Positions 38,393 through 47,610 of a stretch of 64,000 nt of DNA are shown piece by piece. The DNA is from Bradyrhizobium sp. (GTDB taxonomy: Bacteria > Pseudomonadota > Alphaproteobacteria > Rhizobiales > Xanthobacteraceae), in assembly GCF_050014615.1 (NCBI RefSeq), contig NZ_JBEKCZ010000006.1, forward strand, positions 2,175 to 66,174, read 5' to 3'. Made by a program: the position numbers and the translations under genes. Positions within the stretch are counted from its first letter, which is position 1, and every line of letters starts with the position of its first letter. The notes beneath the pieces are model-generated. The model did not search any database, was not told the DNA's origin, and saw only the letters and a list, made by a program, of their open reading frames with translations.

Positions 38393-39265
38393 CTACGGTA
38401 AACCGACCAAACGGCGGATTTCAGCCGGCGTTGTCCCCCCGGCGCGCAATTCGCGCAGACCGGTGGCCGCGGTCGATTTCGACAGCTTCTGTCCCGCACC
38501 GTCTAGGATGAGACCGTGATGCCGGTAGGCCGGCTGTGGCAGGCCAAGCAGCTGCTGCAGCAGGCGATGCAGGCTGGTCGACCAGAACAGATCCTGGCCC
38601 CGCACCACCTCGGTGACGCCCTGCAAGGCGTCGTCGATGGCCACCGAGAGGTGATAGCTGGTCGGCGTCTCCTTGCGCGCCAGGATGACGTCGCCCCACG
38701 CCTGCGGCCGGGCCGCAACCGTGCCGGTCTCGCCATCAGGACCTTCGCCGCGCTCGGTCCAGCCGAGGTTGCCCGCGCGCGCGCACGCGGCCGCCATATC
38801 GAGCCGCAGGGCGTAAGGGACATCCGATTCCAGCAGCCCCGCGCGCTCATCGGGTGAAAGCAACCGCGCCGAGCCGGGATAATGCGGCGCCCCGTCGGGG
38901 TCGCGCGGCCAGCGGCCGTGCGCCTCTCGCTGCGCCACCAATCCCGCGATCTCCGCACGGCTCTCGAAGCTCGGATAGACCAGCCCTTGGGCCGATAGGT
39001 CTTCGAGCGCGGCACGATAATCGGCGAGGTGTTCGGATTGCCGCCGCACGGGATGCTCCCAGCCGATGCCGAGCCAGGCCAAATCCTCGTACATCGCGGT
39101 CTCGAATTCCGGCTTGCAGCGCGCAGCGTCGATATCCTCGATGCGCAGCAGGAAACGTCCGCCGGCCTGACCCGCCAGGTCGAAATTCAGCAACGCCGAA
39201 TAAGCGTGGCCGAGATGCAGATAGCCGTTCGGGCTCGGCGCAAAACGGAACACAGGCGGCGGCAT
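38393..39265 (-). CDS. gluQ: Glutamyl-queuosine tRNA(Asp) synthetase
   Basis: RFAPSPNGYLHLGH, LRIEDID, VRGQDL, KLSKS. Short, with no anticodon-binding domain. Confidence 0.92.
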   Translation of the reverse strand: MPPPVFRFAPSPNGYLHLGHAYSALLNFDLAGQAGGRFLLRIEDIDAARCKPEFETAMYEDLAWLGIGWEHPVRRQSEHLADYRAALEDLSAQGLVYPSFESRAEIAGLVAQREAHGRWPRDPDGAPHYPGSARLLSPDERAGLLESDVPYALRLDMAAACARAGNLGWTERGEGPDGETGTVAARPQAWGDVILARKETPTSYHLSVAIDDALQGVTEVVRGQDLFWSTSLHRLLQQLLGLPQPAYRHHGLILDGAGQKLSKSTAATGLRELRAGGTTPAEIRRLVGLP

Positions 39266-39290
39266 TGATCTCTCAAGAATTCCCAAGACT

Positions 39291-39379
39291 GTCATTGCCG
39301 GACTTGATCCGGCAATCCATCCTTCGTGAGAGTCTGTTACGATAGGAGATGGATGCGCGGGTCAAGCCCGCGCATGACG
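39291..39379. repeat. CGTC-type REP doublet
   Basis: GTCATTGCCGGACTTGATCCGGCAATCCATC...GATGGATGCGCGGGTCAAGCCCGCGCATGACG. Confidence 0.85.
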
Positions 39380-39402
39380 AACTTTGAGATGATATTGCTG
39401 CA

Positions 39403-40161
39403 ATGACCGTCCACCTCAACACCCAGGCCGACCTCGAAGGCGCCGTCCACGCGCTGGTGCAGCAGGACCCGCGGCTGCTGCCGATTTTGCAGCTGGCGGG
39501 CATGCCGGCGCTGCGGCGGCGCGACCCCGGCTATGCGGGTTTGGCCGCGATCGTCTGCGGCCAGCAATTGTCCACCGCCAGCGCCGCGGCGATCTGGGCT
39601 CGCCTCATCGCCGCGTTCGATCCGTTTCATCACGAGACGCTGCGCCGCGCCCGCGCTGAGCGTCTCGGCCGGCTCGGACTGTCGGCGGCGAAGATCAAGA
39701 CCCTGAAGAGTCTGGCGCGCGAAATTGCCGCGGAGCGCCTTGATCTTGAGGCCCTGGCGAACGAAGACGCCGACACCGCGCACGACGCGCTGACGGCATT
39801 GCATGGCATCGGCCCATGGACCGCCGATGTCTATCTGCTGTTCTGTCTGGGCCATGGCGACGCCTGGCCCGCGGGCGATCTCGCCGTGCAGGAAGCGGTC
39901 AAGATCGGGCTCGGACTTCGGACGCGACCGACCGCGAAGGAGATGGCGCCACTGGCGGAGCCCTGGCGCCCGCTGCGCGGTGCCGCGGCGCATTTGTGGT
40001 GGACCTATTACCGGGTGCTGAAAAAGCGCGAGGGCGTAATTGGCGAAACAGAAAACCCGCCGCAAAAAGCGAACGCTGTTTTAAACAAGATATCTGTTGC
40101 AAAACGGTCATCGGCAAAAGCAAAGATCACGGCAGCGAAAAGGCCGGGATCGAAAAAATGA
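39403..40161 (+). CDS. DNA-3-methyladenine glycosylase II (AlkA-like HhH-GPD)
   Basis: IVCGQQLS, GIGPWTA HhH, WPAGDL, WRPLRG. Confidence 0.9.
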   Translation: MTVHLNTQADLEGAVHALVQQDPRLLPILQLAGMPALRRRDPGYAGLAAIVCGQQLSTASAAAIWARLIAAFDPFHHETLRRARAERLGRLGLSAAKIKTLKSLAREIAAERLDLEALANEDADTAHDALTALHGIGPWTADVYLLFCLGHGDAWPAGDLAVQEAVKIGLGLRTRPTAKEMAPLAEPWRPLRGAAAHLWWTYYRVLKKREGVIGETENPPQKANAVLNKISVAKRSSAKAKITAAKRPGSKK

Positions 40162-41246
40162 AATCCACCGACTTCATCGTTGCCCGCGACGACCTGCAGC
40201 AATGCAAAATTGTCGAGACTCAATTGCCCGATGCCGCCGCGCTGCCCGACGAGGCGCTGCTGGTCAAAGTCGATCGCTTCGCGTTCACCGCCAACAATAT
40301 CACCTATGCCGTTCTCGGCGATCAGTTGAAATACTGGCAGCTGTTTCCGGCACCCGACCATTTCGGCAACATTCCGGTGTGGGGATTTGGCGACGTGATC
40401 GCGTCGCGTCATCCCGGCATCACCGTAGGGGAACGGCTGTTCGGCTATTTTCCGATGGCAACGCATCTGGTGATCGAGGCCGCCGACGTCAGCAAGCGCG
40501 GCCTGCGCGACGCCGCGGCGCATCGCCAAGGCGTGGCGCCGGTCTACAACGCCTATGCGCGCGTCAGTGGCGATGCTGCCTTCGCCGGCCGCCAGGGCGA
40601 TTATCAGGCGCTGCTGCGGCCGCTGTTCATGCTGTCGTTTCTGGTCGATGACTTCTTGAGCGAGAACGAATTTTACGGCGCGCGCAGCGTCATGCTCTCC
40701 AGCGCGTCCAGCAAGACCGCGTTCGGCCTCGCGCATCTTTTGCATCTACGCAAGAATATCCACGTGACCGGACTGACGTCGGCGGGCAATACCGATTTCG
40801 TCCAGTCGCTCGGCTGCTACGACGAGGTGGTGACCTATGACCGCGTGACATCGCTGCCATCGGATTCACCCGTCGCCTACGTGGACATGGCCGGCAACAG
40901 CGATTTGCGCGCGACGCTGCACCGGCATTTCGGCGACCAGATGAAATATTCCGGACGCATCGGGCTGACCCATCGCAGTTCATCGCCGGACGAGCCGGAA
41001 TTGCCGGGCGCAAAACCGGTCTGGTTTTTTGCCCCAGACCAGATCCGCAAGCGTGCCAAAGAATGGGGCCCCGGCGGTATCGACATGCGGTTTGGCGCGG
41101 CATGGTCGGGCTTCGCGCCGATGCTGGATCGGTGTCTCGAGGTCATCGAGGGCCGCGGAGGCGCGGCGGTGAAGCAAAGCTATCTCGATACGCTCAACGG
41201 CCGCGTGCCGCCTCATCAGGGCCATATCCTGTCGCTGGCGGACTGA
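40158..41246 (+). CDS. DUF2855 family protein
   Basis: FTANNITYA, YWQLFP, PVWGF, RPLFMLSFL, SSASSKTA, FFAP. ATGA overlap with the alkA-like gene. Confidence 0.8.
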   Translation: MKSTDFIVARDDLQQCKIVETQLPDAAALPDEALLVKVDRFAFTANNITYAVLGDQLKYWQLFPAPDHFGNIPVWGFGDVIASRHPGITVGERLFGYFPMATHLVIEAADVSKRGLRDAAAHRQGVAPVYNAYARVSGDAAFAGRQGDYQALLRPLFMLSFLVDDFLSENEFYGARSVMLSSASSKTAFGLAHLLHLRKNIHVTGLTSAGNTDFVQSLGCYDEVVTYDRVTSLPSDSPVAYVDMAGNSDLRATLHRHFGDQMKYSGRIGLTHRSSSPDEPELPGAKPVWFFAPDQIRKRAKEWGPGGIDMRFGAAWSGFAPMLDRCLEVIEGRGGAAVKQSYLDTLNGRVPPHQGHILSLAD

Positions 41247-41311
41247 GAAGACAGCACGGCGCGCGCTTCGCATGCAGCAATCGATTCCGCTCGCCAATTA
41301 CAAGTCTCGCA

Positions 41312-41740
41312 TCAACTCTTTGGCGTATCGTATCGTTGCTCGATATGGAACGACTTCGCTGTGATCAGCCATGCACTATCGATGCAATGGTACGAGAGGT
41401 AGTCGATATAGAGAAGCGTATCGATCCTGACACGGACCTTGACGATGGCCTGGCCGGGCGACGCAAAATCTACCAGCAACAGCTCCTGTTGCCGTGGAGC
41501 GTTTTTGGATTTCGGCGACTGACCGGCAGCGAGCGCGCTCTTGAATTCCTGCGCGGACAATAGCCGTAAGCTCCCGTCTCGCAACCCATGCAACTGGGCG
41601 CTCGGCGCAAATACGCGGCCAAAGCGTGACACGTCATTGTCAAACATGAGGTCGAAGTAACGTCCAACAGCGTCAAGCAACGAATGGTAGGCTGCGTGGT
41701 GGCACATCACGAACTCGCTTGGCTTCGAGGACTGAGCCAT
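41312..41740 (-). CDS. NTF2/SnoaL-like protein (Lumazine_bd_2 type)
   Basis: VGRYFD...VFAPSA, YIDYLS, WLITAKSF. Start uncertain. Confidence 0.75.
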   Translation of the reverse strand: MAQSSKPSEFVMCHHAAYHSLLDAVGRYFDLMFDNDVSRFGRVFAPSAQLHGLRDGSLRLLSAQEFKSALAAGQSPKSKNAPRQQELLLVDFASPGQAIVKVRVRIDTLLYIDYLSYHCIDSAWLITAKSFHIEQRYDTPKS

Positions 41741-41841
41741 TATCGTTGCATGCGACCCGCAAGCATGTCCTTGCTAAAGACACCAATATTTGTCAGCAAT
41801 ACGCAATCTTATGCCTTTTGTGATGCAAGAAATTACTCAGT

Positions 41842-42396
41842 ATGCCAAAACTCGATCTCGATGGGGTGGACCGCCGGATTATTGCCGAGTTGCAGGCCGA
41901 TGGGCGTTTGAGCAACGTCGAACTTGCGGACAAGATCGGATTGTCCCCTTCGCCGTGTCTGCGTCGCGTCAGGCGTCTCGAACGGGATGGGTACATTGAA
42001 GGCTATCGGGCAGCCTTGCGGCGCGACCGCATCGGGCTCGGCTTCTCGGTCTTTCTCGGCGTTAAGATCGACGGGCATACCAATGAACGTGCGCTGCAGT
42101 TCGAGAAATCCGTGGTCGCGATGCCCGAGATTGTTGCATGCCACCTCGTCTCCGGTGAGGCAGATTATTTTCTCGAAGTCGTCGTACCGGATCTTGCCGA
42201 CTATCAGCGCTTTCTGGTCGACAAACTCCTCAATATGCCAATTGTGCGCGAGGTACGCAGCAACATCGCAATTCAGACACTCAAGGCGGGGGCGCCGTTG
42301 CCGCTCAAACACCTTGAAAAAGAGCAGGCCCACAAGCGTTCGCAGACGACCCGGCACGGACGGACGGAACAAGGCGGACGGGGACGGCGAAGATAG
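41842..42396 (+). CDS. Lrp/AsnC family transcriptional regulator
   Basis: LQADGRLSNVELADKIGLSPSPCLRRVRRLE, VSGEADY. Confidence 0.92.
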   Translation: MPKLDLDGVDRRIIAELQADGRLSNVELADKIGLSPSPCLRRVRRLERDGYIEGYRAALRRDRIGLGFSVFLGVKIDGHTNERALQFEKSVVAMPEIVACHLVSGEADYFLEVVVPDLADYQRFLVDKLLNMPIVREVRSNIAIQTLKAGAPLPLKHLEKEQAHKRSQTTRHGRTEQGGRGRRR

Positions 42397-42500
42397 TCGC
42401 GCAGCCATCTACGCCAGCGGCCCTTTCTGTCCGATCCCAAAACGTATAGGTTTTCGGATCAGGGAAACGCCGCAAAGACGGCCGGTGCAGAGAAACGCGC

Positions 42501-44291
42501 ATGCTCGATAAAACCGATGATGTTGCGATGTCAGCCGAAATCTGGCTGGCGCAATTCGAAAGCGCGCTCGCAGGGCCCGACCCCGGCCTGCTGAAGACGC
42601 TGTTTCATCCCGACAGTCATTGGCGCGATGTGCTGGCGCTGAGCTGGAACATCCAGACCCTCAACGGCGCGGAACCAATCCTGAATGCTTTGAAAGCCCG
42701 CGCCGTCGGCACGGCCCCCAGTGATTTCAGGATCGACCCCGAACGCGCCGCACCGCGACGCGTGACCCGCGCCGGCACCGAGGCGATTGAGGCGATCTTC
42801 AAGTTCCAGACCCGGCAAGGCCGCGGCAGCGGAATTCTGCGACTGATCGCGGACGCCGGCGACGGCGGCAAACTCAAAGCCTGGACGCTGCTGACCGCGC
42901 TCGACGAACTCAGGGGTTTTGAGGAACAACTCGGCTCGGCGCGGCCCCGCGGCCAGTCTTATTCGCGCGATTTTCGCGGTCCCAACTGGCTCGATCTGCG
43001 CCAAGCCTCAACCGCCTATGCCGACCGCGATCCGGTCGTGCTGGTGGTCGGCGGCGGACAGGCCGGGCTTTCGATCGCGGCACGGTGCAGGCAATTGCAG
43101 GTCGATACGCTGATTGTCGATCGCGAGGCGCGGATCGGCGACAATTGGCGCCAACGCTATCATGCGCTGACACTGCATAATCAAGTGCAGGTCAATCACC
43201 TGCCCTATATGCCGTTCCCCCCGAACTGGCCGGTCTATATCCCCAAGGACAAGCTCGCCAACTGGTTCGAGGCCTATGTCGACGCCATGGAGCTGAACTA
43301 CTGGACCGGCACCGAGTTCGAGCGCGGCGCTTACGACGAAGCCGAAGGACGCTGGTCGGTGGTGCTGCGCCGCGCCGACGGCAGCACGCGCACGATGCAT
43401 CCCCGCCATGTCGTGATGGCAACCGGCGTCAGCGGCATTCCCAATGTGCCGGATATCCCGACACTGAAGGATTTCGCCGGCACGGTGCTGCATTCCAGCC
43501 AATACAGCGACGGTGAAGAATGGAAAGATAAAGCCGCCGTCGTGATCGGCACCGGCAACAGCGGCCACGACATCGCGCAGGACCTCCATTCAAGCGGCGC
43601 TAGGGTGACGCTGGTGCAGCGCAGCCCGACCTTGATCACCAATATCGAACCCTCGGCGCAACTGGCCTATGCGGCGTATAATGAGGGAACCCTTGATGAC
43701 AACGACCTGATCGCGACCTCGATGCCGCTCGAGCTGGCGAAAAGAAGCCATGTGATGCTGACCGAGCAGTCGAAAAAATTCGATCAGGAATTGCTCGACG
43801 GCCTCGCGCGCGTCGGCTTCAAACTCGATTACGGCGAAGGCAACACCGGCTGGCAATTCAAATACCTGACCCGCGGCGGCGGTTATTATTTCAACGTCGG
43901 CTGCTCCGATCTGGTGGTGCGCGGCGAAATCAAATTGGCGCAATTTGCGGATATTGAATCGTTTGCTGTGGAGGGCGTGCGGATGAAAAGCGGCGCGACG
44001 CTGGCGACTGATCTGATCGTGCTGGCGACCGGCTACAAGCCGCAGGAGCATCTGGTGCGCAGGCTGTTCGGCGAGGCGGTCACGGCACGGGTCGGCCCGA
44101 TCTGGGGATTCGGCGAGGGACAGGAACTGCGCAACATGTATACCCGCACCGGCCAGCCCGGCCTCTGGTTCATCGCCGGGAGTCTCGCGCAATGCCGCAT
44201 CAATTCGAAATATCTGGCGTTGCAGATCAAGGCGGTGGAGGAAGGCCTGCTGCCCCGGAGCGTGCGCGATCCCCTTCAACGTTCCTCATGA
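42501..44291 (+). CDS. Flavin-containing monooxygenase with N-terminal extension (type II FMO-like)
   Basis: About 170-aa N-terminal extension, VVGGGQAG, WRQRY, FAGTVLHSSQY, GTGNSG, LATGY. Confidence 0.85.
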   Translation: MLDKTDDVAMSAEIWLAQFESALAGPDPGLLKTLFHPDSHWRDVLALSWNIQTLNGAEPILNALKARAVGTAPSDFRIDPERAAPRRVTRAGTEAIEAIFKFQTRQGRGSGILRLIADAGDGGKLKAWTLLTALDELRGFEEQLGSARPRGQSYSRDFRGPNWLDLRQASTAYADRDPVVLVVGGGQAGLSIAARCRQLQVDTLIVDREARIGDNWRQRYHALTLHNQVQVNHLPYMPFPPNWPVYIPKDKLANWFEAYVDAMELNYWTGTEFERGAYDEAEGRWSVVLRRADGSTRTMHPRHVVMATGVSGIPNVPDIPTLKDFAGTVLHSSQYSDGEEWKDKAAVVIGTGNSGHDIAQDLHSSGARVTLVQRSPTLITNIEPSAQLAYAAYNEGTLDDNDLIATSMPLELAKRSHVMLTEQSKKFDQELLDGLARVGFKLDYGEGNTGWQFKYLTRGGGYYFNVGCSDLVVRGEIKLAQFADIESFAVEGVRMKSGATLATDLIVLATGYKPQEHLVRRLFGEAVTARVGPIWGFGEGQELRNMYTRTGQPGLWFIAGSLAQCRINSKYLALQIKAVEEGLLPRSVRDPLQRSS

Positions 44292-44797
44292 TCCAGGATC
44301 TCCCGGACGATGAAGGATTCGGCGTGGCGCCAGGCCTGATCATTGTCGCCTCGGAAGGTAACGAGACGATTGAAAACGACGTTTCGCGTTTTCACATCGA
44401 CAATGTCGAATTTTGCCCATTGCACGAGCGTGCTGAGCTTGTGAAGACTGCCGATCAGCAGATAGGCAGCGTCGGCCGCTTGCGCCTTGCCGAGCAACTG
44501 ATCGGCATCGATGTCGCCAACCGAACAGGCGTTTGGCGGACAATCGAGGGCGACGTTTCGCACCTTTCCGCTCGCCGCCAAATCGGCGCGCATTGAGACT
44601 TCGAATTCGCGCAAGCGCCGGAAATGGTCGGCGCTCTGATCGATGACCTCACCCGAGGTGTCGATATACTGGATCTCCGCGATCGCGAGGGCGGGTGCCT
44701 CGCCTTGCGCCTGGCTTTGCCGAACGGTGCTGGCGGAAAAAAGCGCGGCGGCAATCAAAGCGAGGCCGGCTGATCGTCGTTTTGTCGACTTATCCAT
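44276..44797 (-). CDS. Secreted DUF3280-family protein
   Basis: Signal peptide, YIDTSGE, HKLSTLV, FRGDNDQAW. Confidence 0.7.
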   Translation of the reverse strand: MDKSTKRRSAGLALIAAALFSASTVRQSQAQGEAPALAIAEIQYIDTSGEVIDQSADHFRRLREFEVSMRADLAASGKVRNVALDCPPNACSVGDIDADQLLGKAQAADAAYLLIGSLHKLSTLVQWAKFDIVDVKTRNVVFNRLVTFRGDNDQAWRHAESFIVREILDHEER

Positions 44798-44831
44798 GGG
44801 ATGGCTTTCCTGTTGGTGATCTGCCTCGGCC

Positions 44832-45356
44832 CTAGTTGGGCGGTTCCAGAAGACGGCGCTGAATCAGCCAGCGCGCCCCACGACTCCAGGCCGAGTTGGC
44901 GCCCGCGCGCAGGTCGGTCTGCTCGACATCGACGAGCGCCCCGGATTGAGCGTCGCGAATTTTATAGGTCACCGCGTAGTCTGTTCGGCTGATGCGCGTG
45001 ACGATCCCGAGCATGGACTGGTCCGCGTCAAGAGCAGCGGCGATCCTGGCTTCGCAACCCTCGCAATTATGCAGTTTACCTGTTTTGGCGGCTTCGTCGC
45101 GCGCCGCGCCGACGTCGACCAATTGATAGCGTCCCGATTCCGCGATCAGCCGCCGCGCCTCTTCCGTCGAAAGCCGCAATTGCTCGCGGTCGACATCGTC
45201 GGGGGGAGTGTACGCCGCAGCGGCGCTGAAATCCTCCAATTCAAACGGAAACACCGCGAGTTTGATTGGACGCGGTGCGGCGGGTTCGGCCGCCGTGGCG
45301 ACGGCGAACCCCGCAGCAATCATGACCGGAGTGAGGATGAAAGCCATCCGGCGCAT
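44832..45356 (-). CDS. Secreted DUF3280-family protein, paralog
   Basis: Signal peptide, LAVFPFELED, CEGCE, TRISR, AWSRG. Confidence 0.7.
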   Translation of the reverse strand: MRRMAFILTPVMIAAGFAVATAAEPAAPRPIKLAVFPFELEDFSAAAAYTPPDDVDREQLRLSTEEARRLIAESGRYQLVDVGAARDEAAKTGKLHNCEGCEARIAAALDADQSMLGIVTRISRTDYAVTYKIRDAQSGALVDVEQTDLRAGANSAWSRGARWLIQRRLLEPPN

Positions 45357-45541
45357 CGATGAACCTTTCGAGTTGCCACATCGCGGCCATATCGCCCGAT
45401 CCGCTGCCTTGGCGAAATGGAGACTTTCCCTGAATTGACCGGGTGAAATGCCCGATCTTGCCTCGCCCCTCTTTCTTCCCGGCGAAATTTGCTTCTAAAT
45501 GCGGGGGAAAGGGAGAGAGCTTGCAACAGGCCCCTCATTCC

Positions 45542-46915
45542 GTGGCGGGCCACGCGCGCGCCATCGATCTGAAGCTGCGGCTGGCGCTACGCGTCGCGGC
45601 GCTCGCGGCGATTTGCTTCCTCGCTGTCGCGGCCTATGCCTTGGTTGACAGCGACCGCGCCACCAGAGACAGGGCGGGCCGCATCGCCGCGATCGTCGCC
45701 AAGGATATCTCACTGCAGCAAGCGCAGGCGCAATGGTATTCCTTGTCCCCCAGCCTAACTCCGGATTTGCAACGGGTCGCGGCGCCTTTGATGGAGCCGG
45801 GCCTCTGCATCGCCTATCGGGACAAGGCGGGAGATTTTCGACAGGGTATCTGTAGCGGAGCGCTCGCCGACGAAATTGCCGCGCCCGAAAGTTTCGCGGC
45901 ACTCTATCGCGCCTTCTTCCATCCCGGCGAACCGATCTCGATGCCGCTGCTTGTTGAGGGCAGGACCCAGGGTGTGGCGATCGCGACCGTCGACCCCGCC
46001 ACACAGATAGGCCAGAGCTGGCGCGAGGCGAGCCGCCTTCTCTCCATCATGGCTTTCGCCTTGGCCGGGCTTTGCCTCGCGGTCTATGCCGCGCTCGCGC
46101 GGGCCCTGCGGCCGACGCACGTCATTCACGCCGGGCTAAGGCAGCTCGCGGCGAACAATCTCTCCACGCGGCTGCCCAGTTTCGACCTTGCGGAGCTCTC
46201 GGCGATTTCCGACGTCTTCAACACGCTCGCGCAAAAACTGGAAGCCACCCTTGCCGAACGCAACAATTTGACGAGAAAGCTCATCGCCGTGCAGGACGAG
46301 GAGCGGCGCCACCTTGCTCGCGAATTGCATGACGAATTCGGCCAGTCGCTCACCGCCATCGCGGCGCAGGCCGCCGCCGCTGCCCATACGGCGGAGCGCG
46401 AATGTCCACCGCTGGTCGAGGAATGCCGGGGCATCTCGCGCACGACCGCGGGCATGATGGAAACGCTGCGCGGCGCGCTGGTGCGCCTGCGCCCGCCCGA
46501 CATCGAGGAACTCGGCCTGACCCTCAGCCTCGAAAGCCTGGTTGCGAGCTGGAACGGCGTCGAGAAGGGGCGCACCCGATTCGAAATTGCCATCATTGGC
46601 AGGGTCGACGATTTGCCGCCAAGCGTCTGCGCCAGTCTTTATCGCATCGCGCAGGAGGCGATCACCAATGCAGCGAAGCACGCCCAGGCCCGGCACGTGC
46701 AATTACGTCTCGAGGCAGGACATGCCGATATCGTCTTGAGCGTCGAGGACGATGGCGAGGCGACGGGCGGCGGTCTGCCGGCAAAACCCGGCATGGGACT
46801 TCTCGGCATGCAGGAGCGGGTCGTTTCCCTCGGCGGAACGCTGCGTTTCGAGCGGCGCGCGGCGGGCGGCGCCCGGCTTGTCGCGACCATTCCCGATATG
46901 GGGTCGGAACCTTGA
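45542..46915 (+). CDS. Membrane sensor histidine kinase, HisKA_3 type, MxbD-like
   Basis: Two TMs with a periplasmic loop, HAMP, EERRHLARELHDEFGQ, YRIAQEAITNAAKHA, GMGLLGMQERV. Start uncertain (45443 to about 45570). Confidence 0.85.
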   Translation: MAGHARAIDLKLRLALRVAALAAICFLAVAAYALVDSDRATRDRAGRIAAIVAKDISLQQAQAQWYSLSPSLTPDLQRVAAPLMEPGLCIAYRDKAGDFRQGICSGALADEIAAPESFAALYRAFFHPGEPISMPLLVEGRTQGVAIATVDPATQIGQSWREASRLLSIMAFALAGLCLAVYAALARALRPTHVIHAGLRQLAANNLSTRLPSFDLAELSAISDVFNTLAQKLEATLAERNNLTRKLIAVQDEERRHLARELHDEFGQSLTAIAAQAAAAAHTAERECPPLVEECRGISRTTAGMMETLRGALVRLRPPDIEELGLTLSLESLVASWNGVEKGRTRFEIAIIGRVDDLPPSVCASLYRIAQEAITNAAKHAQARHVQLRLEAGHADIVLSVEDDGEATGGGLPAKPGMGLLGMQERVVSLGGTLRFERRAAGGARLVATIPDMGSEP

Positions 46916-47583
46916 GCACGCCCGATGCCAGGAGCTTCACGCGGGTGATGCTGGCGGACGACCATGCCATCGTGCGCGAGGGTTATCGCTCGCTGCTGCA
47001 GAAGCAGGATCGCCTTCGGGTCGTCGCCGAAGCCGGCGACGGGGCCGAGGCCTATCGTGTCTACAAGGAGGTCAAGCCCGACCTCGTCATCATGGACCTG
47101 TCGATGCCGGGGATTGGCGGGGTCGAGGCGATCCGCCGCATCCGGCAGTGGGATAACTCCGCGCGTATCCTGGTATTCACCATGCACCAGAGCGCCGCTT
47201 ATGCGGTCCAGGCGATCAAGGCGGGCGCACGCGGCTTTGTAACGAAAAGCAACCCGCCGGAGACGTTGCTGCGCGCGATCGCCGACGTCATGGCCGGGCG
47301 CATCGCGCTCAGCTCTGACATCGACCATGAGCTCGCCATCAACCGCCTCGCCGACGAACCTTCGGCCGTTGACGCGCTGAGCCCACGGGAATTCGAAATC
47401 CTGCGCATGTTGCTGGCGGAGAAATCCGTCGATGACATCGCCGAGACGCTGCATGTCAGCGTCAAGACTGTGGCCAATACGCGCTATCTCATTCGCGCCA
47501 AACTCGGCGTGGCGTCCGACATCGAGCTTGTCCGCCTTGCGCTTCGCCAGCGGATCATCGCAGCGGAGGAAATCGAGGGCTAG
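46912..47583 (+). CDS. NarL/LuxR family response regulator, MxbM-like
   Basis: LADDHAIVREGYRSLL, MDLSMPG, VFTMH, LSPREFEIL. TTG start overlaps the kinase stop (TTGA). Confidence 0.88.
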   Translation: MSTPDARSFTRVMLADDHAIVREGYRSLLQKQDRLRVVAEAGDGAEAYRVYKEVKPDLVIMDLSMPGIGGVEAIRRIRQWDNSARILVFTMHQSAAYAVQAIKAGARGFVTKSNPPETLLRAIADVMAGRIALSSDIDHELAINRLADEPSAVDALSPREFEILRMLLAEKSVDDIAETLHVSVKTVANTRYLIRAKLGVASDIELVRLALRQRIIAAEEIEG

Positions 47584-47610
47584 CTAGCAGGAAATGCCCT
47601 GGCGCACCCT

